NCBI GenBank assembly: GCA_965202585.1
Contig: OZ241829.1
Span: 20,708,001 to 20,772,000 of the forward strand
Length of the DNA stretch: 64,000 bases
Origin: Thalia democratica
Taxonomy: Eukaryota
Direction of reading: 5' to 3'
Below, piece by piece: positions 1-11,460 of the stretch; the stretch's first letter is position 1, and every line of letters starts with the position of its first letter. The notes beneath the pieces are model-generated. The model ran no database searches. It was not told the DNA's origin and worked only from the letters and a program-made list of their open reading frames with translations. The position numbers were made by a program, and so were the translations under genes.

Positions 1-962
1 TTTGAGATTTAATAAATTAGGTATATAGTTGGTCTTGAGTGATATAAAATGCGTGTTTTTAATTAATACTTTTTACTTAAACAAGATAATATTATGTATA
101 ACATGTCTTTTTGTTTCAGAAGTTTCTCAGTAAATTTTTATATTAGTAATTGTTTTTTGCTTCTTGTTCAACTTGCTCAGGTCTTAATATGCATTATCTG
201 GTTTGTAAATTAGTTCCATCAGATATTAAACACTTATATTCAATGATCTAAAAAGTTACTTAAGTCTTTTCACAACTGCTTTTAATCGTGTAGCTATTGT
301 ACCTTCTACAAAAAATAACACTATAAAGAATAAGCAATGGTTAGACATAACTGTATAACCCCATAAGCATAGTAGCTCAAAGGAGAAATACAACTATCTT
401 TAAATTTAAATATTTCAACTGTTTGATTTTATAAAGTTAAATAGCTTATTTAATTAATCTATCTCAAAGTGCTTGGCTGTTTTCAAAATCATGTACTTAG
501 ACGTTAAAACGAAAAAAAAGACATTGTTTCAGTTAAAAAAAACTTGTAGAGTGTATAACTTGTAAGTTTCTTTACGAAACAAAAAATAATATTTTCCTTA
601 TTAACTATTTAAAAATCTAACTTAATGGGACGTAGAATAGGATTGACTAACGTTATATTAAATTGAAAAATATTAGGGACTGTACATTAAATTTTCATAA
701 CAAGTTCTACTGCACTTTACTTTTACAAGTACGGTTAACTTACAATAGCAACATTTCCTTTTTACACGTTATATTATCTAGTGATCTCAGGTTTTTTACA
801 CTACTGTTCTGTGGACAGATTTTAATTAATTGTACAGTTAATGATCAGAATATATAAACTCTCGTAACTAGTAATAAACTTTTTTTTTCAAAAACGTATT
901 TATTCTAAAGTCAAACAATATCGACACCAAACAGAAAAATCACGGAGCAAATTTTAATGTTT

Positions 963-3900
963 TCAATGCATTTTTGGAAAATCCTTGTTGGGTGCAGTGT
1001 AGTGATTGACTGGCATCATGGGGTTGAAACTTCCGTTGCTAGGGAACGAAGCGTTGCTAGGCAGTGAAGGGTTGTTAGGTAACGACTTGTTGTTGCCAAG
1101 GACACCAGCTAGATGTTGGGGCAGCAAGTTGCTATGGAAGACCCTGCCGGCTGCTTGCTGGTACATTTGAGCCATCTGAGCAAACTTCAGTTCGTTCTGC
1201 ATGGCAACTAACGGCACGTTGCTAGGCAAGTTGTTACTAGGGAGGTTGCTGTTGTCAGGGGTTCCACCGGAGTTGCTGCTTATCGCAGGAGAGGAACTCA
1301 AACTGTTCGACAAACTCTGCTTACTTGCAGTTTCAGCACTAGAGGGCAACATTGATGGCGTCATCAAGTTTTTACCCATTAATCCACTGGCAGCGATTAC
1401 GGGAGGATTCATAAAGGGAAAAACACCGGTTGTGGCTCCGAAACAAGGAGAAACGTATTTCTGCGGCAACAAGTTGTTCTGTGACGTCAAAGAAAACAGG
1501 GGGTTCCCGGCTGAAGCAGCCAACTGCATATTCTTGAAAAGATCAACCTGGTTGGCTTGGTGCGTGGTGGGGGAAAACCCTGCGGTAAAATTGGGGAAGA
1601 CTTGACTCGGGAAAGCCCCCGGAAATTGGTTGCCATAGAAGTTCTGCATGGCGAAGAAACTCTGGTGTTTGAGGATCTCCAATTGGCTCGAATATTCCCG
1701 TTTGTTTTTTGACCTCCTGTTCTGAAACCAAGTTTTTACCTGTGAAAAATAGAAACTGCGTTGGTAAGATTTACAAATAAATAAATTTTTTGGGAAAATA
1801 CTTTCAAATTTAATCAAAACTCTTCTAGTAAGTAATAAAAACACGCAATAACTGTTAGCTGTAACAGTGAAAAACTTTGTGAGAAATATTAATATAATGT
1901 TGTTTTTGGTTAAAGTTTTGTAATAGAGTTTACAACCATTTTCAACTAAACAATAAAAAATATAATTGAATATTTAAACAAAATACAAACTTGATCTTCA
2001 GTCAGATCGAGTTCAACTGCCAGCTCTCGTCTCGTGTTACCAACCAGGTACTTTTCTCTGTTGAACGCCAGCTCCAAAGTTCTGAGCTGCTCAGGAGTGT
2101 AGTTCGTCCTGGGTCGCTTCACGGGCTCCACGCGAGCCTGATCTTCCCTGCTCCTCTTCATTGAAGAGCTTTCACATGCAGGCCTTCTTTCACCTGTTGA
2201 ACTTACACGTGCAGGTCTTTTACCAACAGGCGAATCGCTCGCGCCATGTCTTCTGTTGCATTCACCTTGAAAGCCGCTTCTCATACCATCACTCAAATGT
2301 TTGCTTTCACTTTTTAATTCTGCTACTCGAGATGTACTGTTGCTTTCGGTCTCTTCAACATTTCTGCTTGTCGCTTCACTACTTTCGCTCTCATACATTT
2401 CTCTGATGTTTCTTTCTTCCGCATCAGATCTTCTCAGCATCCCTTCAACGGAAAATTTTCTTTGACCTTCTACGGTTGCTCTGCTCCCTCTTGCCTCGCT
2501 CTCGTAACCACTTTTGCCAGATTGCATGTCTCTTCTCTCGAAACCAATGTCTCTTCTCTCAACGCTTTCGTGTTTTACGCACCGTCTCTCGTTTTGCACA
2601 TCTCTTCTCTCGTTTTCAGATGCCGACTCAGGCCGGTGTTCAGCACGCTGTACTGCAGGTTCGCAACTTCTACCGTTGTGACTAGAGGCCGGAGTTCTAC
2701 TCTCAGAATTATGAGATCTAAACCCAGGGTTGTTGAACACCACAGGTTCAGAGTTTTCAGAAGCGTGCGGTGTGAACTCGGAGTTTTCAGAAAAGCCCGA
2801 TCTAAACTCTGAGCGCAGAGACTTTTGCGCTCTTGAACGTTGCTTAGATATGTTGAAAGCAAAGTCGGACTTCAACTGGTTGCTCCTGACGTTTGCTTCA
2901 GGTTTAACATCAGGGCTCGTACCATGTCTTACGTCACATCTCTCTACGGCCCTTACGTCACGTCTTAGATCGTGTCTGACGTCACTTTTTTCGTCACGTA
3001 CAGGTCTCACGTCAGGTCTTGTTTCTTCGGATTCCATGGCAGGATTCTCGTCTAAAAAAACAATTAGTAATAAGCACATAGCTTTTTTATACAAACTAAA
3101 CTTGTAAATAAGTGTAGAAGGCTTTGTTTAACTTAACTTACTCTTTAACAACAGCTCGTAATATGGTAAGCGATTGTATCGAAGATAGATAGTAAAGAAT
3201 ATTCTTATTTTTTAAAGTTTCAAGGTATTAAACATACTTTAAAGCTGGATCTTTGATTTTTATTATAAAAGGAATACAAACTAAACTTGAAATAAAATAT
3301 TATGAAAGTAAAATTAAAAAACAATTAATTAAACTGTTAAAAACTATAAGTTTAAAAAAATTTTTAGAATAAAAACTATTAAAAACGATAGTAATTTTGA
3401 CATCTAAACATTTTGTTTTAAATGTAAAAACATACTTTATTCAATTTAAAGTAAACATTATATACATACGTTCATTTTGCTTTAATCCTTTTATGCTTTA
3501 TAAGATTTTTTTTAATTAAAAATATTATATTAAGGCTAAATTAACTAATCAAAGTAGGTGTTAAACCAACGAGCAATCTAATAGTAATAAACACGTTTGA
3601 TATTCTAGTAATTAAAGTTAAAGCACCAGGAAGTTAAAGAACCTCAATGTAATAAGAACCACTTCACTTGATCACTTTTATAATTAATTTTAATTAACTC
3701 AACTACTTAAGCAATACATGTTAAGTGAATAGAAAAATGATATTTCCTTTCTATCAAAAAATTTAAATTATAAAATTAGAAACTGTTAAACTACTCTATT
3801 TGCTTTAGTTATTTAAGTTGTTTAAAACATTTCAATCTTATTCTTCGCTTCTTAAAATTAAGTTTCTGTTGCTTTATACTTTCCAAAAAATAAATAAGTT

Positions 3901-6900
3901 CAACATTACAAAGCTACCAGTTAAGCTTGTACTTTTTATAACCAATCTTAATGTTTATATTACACATAATTTTTTACATGGTGTACATAAGATTCTTAAA
4001 TATTCTTTTTTTTTCTTTGTATTTTATATTTATGCTTCAAATTTAAGTTTAATTATTTAGACTTTACTTTATATAATTTTATTGTTTTGGTATATTATAC
4101 TAGTTATTTCCAGCTACAAGTAGAGGAACTATTAAATAACTAATAACGAATACACATGATAATATAGAAACATTTTTGAAACGCAGATAGGATAAACTTT
4201 ATTGTTTCTTTTTTAGGGACAAGCTACATTATAAAAGTCAAATAACTAACAAAACCTTGACGAAAAATTAAAAATACTGAAACAGCTTAAACACATAATG
4301 CTTACAAATAGCCTTGGGAACAAATACTAGCTCTGCTACAAATTAAGTATTCACAATTAAGTAGGTAATGTTTAAAAAAATTAACAAAATACTTGACAAA
4401 CCTAAAAACACAGTAAAGTTGGTACCTTTTAATTCCTTACCAGTTAAATAATCTTTTAACTTGCTGTCCATAAAGAAAATGCAATGTTTTAATCTACTTA
4501 GCTTCCTTATAAATTGACTGATAATTATAATACCTTCTTTTAATATAAGCACTTATAAGGTGTTTAGTATTGGTGTATTGTTTTACTTAATTAAGTTGCA
4601 AGTGATTAACGTTTAATTATTAAGTAAATTAGTTAATCACTTTATATTTATATGATAAGTAAAAGTTTAAAATTTGAATATTGTCAGTTTCAACATTTTA
4701 GTTGTTTTAGTGTGAACTGTCAGAAAGATACAGTTTCATTGTTTGTAAGTTTAATTTTAACTAACTGTTTCAGTCTAATGCTTATGAACTTTACAAAACT
4801 GTTTATGCTTTTAACCAAAATGCTGTTTTAAACTGTGATTTAGTAGTTTGTAAATTGGTTAGCTTGTATTGGTGTAAACAGACAAAAAGATTCAGTTTCA
4901 GTTGTTTGTGAGTTAAATTGTAATTAATTGTTTTTAATCCAACACTTGTGAACTCATTATGATTGTTTATGCCAGTGCTTCTGAAATGGGGTTCCGCGGA
5001 ACCCTAGGGTTCCGCGAAGCCTTTCGAAATTTATAAAAGAAATTTGAATGAAAAAAAAAACACAGATAATAAAACTTTAAAAAAAAATGGAACATATATA
5101 ATTATAGCATTCATTGATCTGCTTAGTGTGTGTCTAGTGGTAGGACTTTTAATGGGTATTCATTATTAATAGGTGTCCTGGTTGTGCAAATTTTTTCAAA
5201 ATTTTTGAATTTCTATTGTTAGTGAAATCATAAAAATACTGGTATTATCACTAAAGCAAACAATGTAGGAGCAATCAAAACTAATTCTGAATGTTTACAC
5301 AATAAAACCAAACAAAAATCTTTATCAGAAACTTATTTCTGGCATATTATATTGTTTCAAATGCTGTAAAAATGTTTAAAAAGATGTATATTAGCTTGAT
5401 ATAAAATTAAATATGTATAAAAGCTTATTTTTTACTTAGAAATTGCTACTATAATTAAAAAAAAATCTGGCCGGGCCTATAAAATTTTAACAGAAATTGA
5501 ATTTGAAATAGTTTTTTTAGACTTACATGATAAAAAATAAAACTCTAATTTTTTAAAGTTGTGGCCAGGTCTTTAATATTTTAACAGAAATTGAGTGTGA
5601 AATATTTTTTTATGTTTACATGATAAAAATGTTTAAATGTATATGTGTTAGCCAGACAACAATTCCTATGTCTAATGACACCATCCAATCCAGGGTCATG
5701 GATATGGTTAGTGATACAGAGGAGCAACTACTGGCGAAATTAAAAGCCAGTCTAATTTATGCTGTGCAACTAGACGAGTCCACTGACGTAAGCAAGAAAG
5801 CCTTGTTACTCGTTTTTGTTAGATATTGTGGGCAGGAAGGATTCAACGAAGATATATTATTTTGTGGAGAATTACACACAAAAACAACTTCTGTTGAAGT
5901 AATGAAATGTGTCAAAAATTATTTCATAAGCAAGGGTTTAAAGTTAAATAAACGTGTCGGCATTTGTACTGACAGTGCAGCGTATATGACTGGGTCCAAA
6001 AATGGTGTAGTGAGGAAAGTGAAGGATAAAGCAGTTAAAGCTAAATGGATACATTGTTTTTTACATAGAGAAAATTTGGCAACAAAACATATTCCTTCTT
6101 GTTTACAAGAAGTTCTTTCAGCGTCGATTAAAATTGTTAGTTTTATTTAGAAAAGTGACACGAAAGTCAGATGTTTCAAAGACCTATGTGAAAGTTTAGA
6201 TGCTGACCATCTGCGACTTCTTTATCACAACGAAGTTAGAAGAAGAAGGCTATCGAAGGGGCGGACACTAGTTCGTCTCGTTGAATTAAAGAATCAGGTG
6301 TTTACCTTTCAAAAAGATGAAGGCTCAGAATTAGTGAAGTTCTTTGAAGATGATGTTTTTTTGGCAAGGCTAGCTTATCTCACTGATATTTTCAAAGAAT
6401 TGAACGCTTTGAACTTAAGCGTGCAAGGGAAGCAAAATTCCATTTTTGTCATGACAGACAAGATAGAGGCGGTTAAAAAGAGAATTAACTTTTGGAAGAA
6501 GGTTAGCAATGGTAATTTTGCGATGTTTCACCGGTTTGATGAGGCCCATGAAAAATGTATAGAATTTAATTCTCTGACAAAATATACAACCACCTTGATC
6601 TTTTGTCTATAAAGTTACATTGTTTTCCTGAAGATGTTCGTATTGGAAATATATGGATTTTGAATCCTTTTATGTGTGATATTGTTTTAGATAAAGTGAA
6701 TCTTCTTACAGATACAGAAAATAAATTGCTGCAACTATCTGAAGATAGCAATTTAAAATAGAGTTTCAAAAGGAAGGAGCTTTTAGATTTTTGGATATAT
6801 GCAATTTCAGAGTACCCCGTCTTAGCAAAGCATGCAGTAAAATTTATTTTACCATTCTCCACTACTTATCTTTGCAAGTCCGGCTTTTTGCATGTAACAA

Positions 6901-9900
6901 ACATTAAAACGAAGCAAATGAACTGTATGCTGACTCCTACCTTATCTGCCTGTCTCCATCTCAGTCTATCCGAAATCCAGCCGCGCATTGACATGCTTGT
7001 TGCTGAGAGATAAAATTAAGTTTCGCACTAAATGTTTTTTATTTATTTTTCGTTTGGCATCTTACCCGTTTATTACAGTAATCTTTGAGTTCGATTAGGT
7101 TCATGTTCATTTATTATTGTTTGTAGCTCTCATTTTGTTTTTATTAGCAAGGAAAGATTTTTATGACGTTGCGATTAATCATGTTTATTTTCGTTTATTT
7201 ATTATAGAATCATAAAATACCTAATGCCTCTGGCGCACTTTGAGTTTGACTTGACTTGATACTATTACAGTTGGTATGATTTCTAACAATGATATAGTTT
7301 TCCTAAAAAAATTGTTTTTCACTGAAATTCTTTTATTTTTTGCAGGAAATATTATATTAAACATTTTATGTAAAATTAATTTAGGGGTTCCGTGGAAAAG
7401 TTGAACTTAAGAAAAAGGTTCCGCCACTAGAAAAAGGTTCAGAAGCACTGGTTTATGCTATAATCAAAACACCGCTTAAAGTTTCAGCCAATTAGTAAAT
7501 TTTTAAGACGTTATTTTTTTAAATATTTTATTTAAACTATCAGTTACATTTTAACATTTATTTAAACTTTAACATCTTCGACTGAGGATTTTCAAACCAA
7601 TATTTAATTTAGTTTTTTCAAAAACTTATGCTTGTTTAATAATGTATTAAAACATTTATGTTGTTTCGATAAATTTCAAAAAAAAGTTAAGTGATTACTA
7701 ATTTGTTCCGGCCCTAAATAAGACAAATATTTTATTTATTATATAAAATTATAGTAATTATATAAAGTATTATATTTATATATATTATATTTATATTTTT
7801 TTTAATGTTTAAAAACATAACTACGAAAATTAAATGGTTCAATCGAGTATTTACCGAACAATTAAAAAAGTTACAGAAATTTATGTAACCACAACTTAAA
7901 TTATTTTATAACTTTTTTTTTTGAAAATTTTATGTAAACGAGTAATAACAAAAGCTCAAAATCGCATAACACAAAATTATTAATTTTGAAAAAAGTTAGT
8001 TACTGAAAAATGTATAGAAACATTTTTGTTTATATCAATAACCCGAAAACTAATAAAGAAACGAGTATTTATTTAAAAGTCGGACATACTAAACTTATGG
8101 AAATAAAATTTATTAAATTTTGACGGCCACACTGAAATAACTTCCTGATTTGAACAGTTTTTACTTATATAAAACTTTTAAAAGCATGTGTTTAATCTCT
8201 TTGAAAAAGTTGCATGTGTAAAATTAAAGACCACACAAACATTCTATAGATTCATAAAGATAAACTGCTATCAATTTGATCTTTTTATATACTCTACCGA
8301 TTTTAAACTTTTTTTTATAAAAACATTGGTTACGCAAATAAAAAAATTCTAAAAATAAATCCCGTCAAAGTAAAACAATTTTTCCAACTATTAATTAATA
8401 TGAACTATTTTCTAATTTTACTTTTCAGACCACATATCATAAATTATAGACTCCTTTCAATTACCACTACTAATAATGTACATAGCATCAACTCGATAAC
8501 CCCTGAGGGTTTCTATTGACTAACAACAAGGTATTTCGAATTTGAATACGCGCTTTATAAGTCCGATTATCAAGTTGTTATGGCAACCAACGACAAAATT
8601 CGAAAGCCACCCTTAAAGTCCGTAGAAATTACTTGAAGTTTTTTCTGACAATCGTAGCTATATTAAACTCAGTTTTTTTTTCCGCATTACATCAATATTA
8701 AATACAAGGTTGTTGTTCAAATTAAAAAATTATAATTATTTGATAATTATTTTTTAACTATTAAGTGTTCTAGTTTCAAGTGCTTAATTAAGAGTTTGAA
8801 CTTCAGTTGGATAAGTAGGTCTTATTGTAGTTATTAAATGTATTTAAAAAGTATTATACCATGAGGAACTGAACGACGCAATATCTAATAAGCTCTTACA
8901 TTGCATATTATTTAATAGGTAGTCAATTTACAGAATGTTAACACAAACGTTCCTAAATGTTTTAAACTTATCTAAACATATTCAAAAAACTATACTGAAT
9001 TAGTTAATTTAAACATACCTTTAAACATAAACCTTTCAATTGTGTGCTGTGTAATTTAATCAAAAAAAAATAAACTAAAAAAAAATTTAACATTTTTGTA
9101 GAGTACGAAGCATATACCAAGATGAAATAAAATATTTAACTGTTAAAAAAATGTTTGTAGACTAAATAATAACTTTTACTAACTGTTCATCCTGGTAGAG
9201 ACATTTTGTGAAGTCACAGTTTCACCTTGTGACATCATAATCATATCACTCTTATTCTGCTCACTTGGTACTGTATAAAATCATTGGATATTAAGTTTAG
9301 ATAAATAATGTATGTTTATCTTTTGTTAAGTTTGTTGCTTAAAAATTTAAAATCTTAACCATTTTTCATGGTCCCAACTGACTTTAAAAATAAAAAACGT
9401 ATGGTAGTTTACCAGTTTAACTGCTTCTGTGAAGATATTTACGTCGGTATGACTTCGAGGCAGTTTGGTAAAAGATAATTGAACATTTTCAAAAAAGTAT
9501 TGATGAATTTTGTAAAATAAGTAATAAAGAAAATAAATCTAAAAGAGTAGTAAATGTTTCAAAAATATCTGCTGTTTCAGAACACACAGTTAATAACCCT
9601 GATTGTGCAAGTATTTATAATTTGAAAAGACTAAAATCTATTTAAAAATGTTATAGCATTTTCGATTTAATTAAACTTGAAACTATATGTATTTTATTAA
9701 GAAGACCAAAGCTATGTAAACATAAAGATTTCGATTATACTTTTTCCTTAGTTTCATAAATGGGTTTATAATTTTTTAAGTATTTTTTACTTATTTTTAG
9801 TTTCATTGCAATTGTAAGCAGCAATTTAAAAAAAATACAAAATGTCATTTATGTTTATGTTACTAGAGAACGTTGTATAAAGCTGCTTTGATATTATTTT

Positions 9901-11460
9901 ATTCATTTACGTGTCAACTCATTGAAATCCTTTACTTCCCAAATAACACGTTAAAAAGCAATTTTAAACTTTTATAAATCTATATCTGTGTTTTTGTGGT
10001 CAGTTTTCAAAAAATGCAGTAAATTTATTGTCATTAAAAAAACTGTAGGACAATATATTAAATTGCCGATATTTTATATTAGTTGTATTCAAATTTCAAC
10101 CTACCAACTAAGAATTAATAAAATTAATAATCTGTCTCAATTATAAGGTTTTACTTTAAAGGTAAATATTTTAACTAAATTTTATTTTTGTCTTTTCGTT
10201 TACATGTAAACATCATAATAGGCTTCACTTTTTTATATAAGATTATCTCTAACGTTTAAATTTTTTCTAGTTGCATATTGATCTAATAATAGCCGTTTTT
10301 GACAGATATAATATAAAATTCTGTTCATTGACGCTAGTTAACTTTTATCTACTTTTGAGATCAATTTAAAATGACAGATTCTTATTTTTTAGTTGCTTAA
10401 AGGCATTTTATATGCGTTGAGATACATCTAATTTAAATACGAGTAAAATGCTTTGATTGCATTGAATTTTTCAAGTGGCTGTTATTTTACAATTTGAAAT
10501 AAAATTTTCAAAAGCAGAGTACTTCGAATACTAGTTTAAATATTGTAAAACTTAAGTTAGATATAATTGTTAATAGTACATATTAACTTTCAGCTTAACT
10601 AAATTTAAAAAAGTATGAATTTTTAAAAGAAACTTAAACTAATAAAACCAGACCGGTATATTGAAATTAACCAGTACTACAATTTGTATTGGTGAAATAT
10701 TAAGTAATTAGTAGATAAACATTTCAATTATAACCTTTTCGTTCCAAATTAAAACTAAAACTTTTTTTATATTTAAAACTATAAATTTCAATTAGCATAC
10801 GTAAAGTGTAATAAGCTACAAACTGAAATATATAAACGCCTACGCAGAGTATAATGTCAGTAAAAAAATAACTTCATTCAAATTAACGTAAACTTTTTGA
10901 TATAACTAAAACTATTAGCAACAAACTAATTATACAATTAGCAACTGATCTTATTACAATAGTTTTTGTTTTTTTGTATAGATTAAATTAAGATTAGTGG
11001 TATAAACAATCGTTAATGCTTGACTAGATTTACTGTTAATCTGACCTTTCAACAAAGTATTAAGAAAATAATTAATTTAAGTTCATATTTTGTAATTAAA
11101 CAAAACCAATAAATTAATATGTTTTACATTTCATAAAGTTTACTCGTATAAAGATTCCTTAATGGTTTACTAAAATTAAAATGAATTATATTGTTAGTCA
11201 ACGATGTAATTATTAGCTTTATATCTATTAAACAACTTTAATCAGTAAAAATAATATCCAAATAAATGCGAACCTTTGTTGTTGTGAGTAACTTTTTCAC
11301 CTCCGGTGTCTGCATACTTCGGATTGTTGAAACCAAACCTGTGATCACCTAACTGTCTTGCCATCTCCGTACCTGCTACACGGCCTGATTGTTGCCTCAT
11401 ACTGTTTACAGCTTGCTGGAACTGCAAATGATAAAAAGCAGCTAATTGTCGGTCCATCAT
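963..11460 (-). CDS. ANTP/NKL-class homeobox transcription factor, divergent Not/Emx/Vax-like; about 665 aa if exon 1 is correct
   Basis: Exons (minus): 11460-11301 (tentative), 3051-1991, 1739-963. The homeodomain KRPRTNYTPEQLRTLELAFNREKYLVGNTRRELAVELDLTEDQ|VKTWFQNRRSKNKRE is split by a GT-AG intron (1740-1990) between Q44 and V45, a common ANTP intron position. YLVG at positions 25-28 resembles Emx/Vax/Not. An eh1-like FSVEGML lies at 2435-2455. Exon 2 has an acceptor (tttttttag) needing phase 1, and the candidate exon 1 (MMDRQLAAFYHLQFQQ...) ends in phase 1 at either of two GT donors (after 11301 or after 11274). Without exon 1, the in-frame ATG at 3037 gives 607 aa. Confidence 0.85.
4973..7450 (+). 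mobile_element. hAT DNA transposon, Buster/Charlie (ZBED5/SCAND3-like) group, internally deleted and non-autonomous
   Basis: Perfect 13-bp TIRs: CAGTGCTTCTGAA (4973-4985) and TTCAGAAGCACTG (7438-7450). Perfect 8-bp TSD GTTTATGC (4965-4972 and 7451-7458) with the central TA typical of Buster elements. Subterminal GGTTCCGC repeats occur at both ends. Confidence 0.95.
5620..7031 (+). pseudogene. Disrupted Buster-type hAT transposase
   Basis: Motifs AVQLDESTDVS, LLVFVRY, ICTDSAAYMTG, WIHCFLHRENLA, LAYLTDIF and a C-terminal VSH* (stop 7029-7031). There is an in-frame TAG at 6148-6150, frameshifts occur downstream, and the N-terminal part is missing. Confidence 0.92.
9390..9759 (+). mobile_element. 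Penelope-like element remnant (GIY-YIG endonuclease, 3' end)
   Basis: Manual translation from 9401 gives MVVYQFNCFCEDIYVGMTSRQFGKR* ... SAVSEHTVNNPDC ... LIKLETICILLRRPKLCKHKDF. This fits the VVY..C..C..YVG.T.R..R..EH pattern of PLE GIY-YIG domains, with stops and a frameshift. Confidence 0.8.
11301..11460 (-). CDS. Candidate first coding exon of the homeobox gene
   Basis: This is a GC-richer island with an open frame and ATGATG. Its phase-1 donor (G|gtgaaa) matches the phase-1 acceptor at 3051 (G+AC = Asp). The link across an intron of about 8.2 kb is inferred from phase only. Confidence 0.45.

Noticed and set aside
1201-3107. Plus-strand ORFs 1201-1605, 2462-2812 and 2730-3107
   Set aside because: Antisense to the homeobox exons, with no recognisable protein features.
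8429-8530. Plus-strand segment bounded by ttttcag and aag|gtattt
   Set aside because: Stops in all three frames and no partner exons, so chance splice-like sites cannot be excluded.
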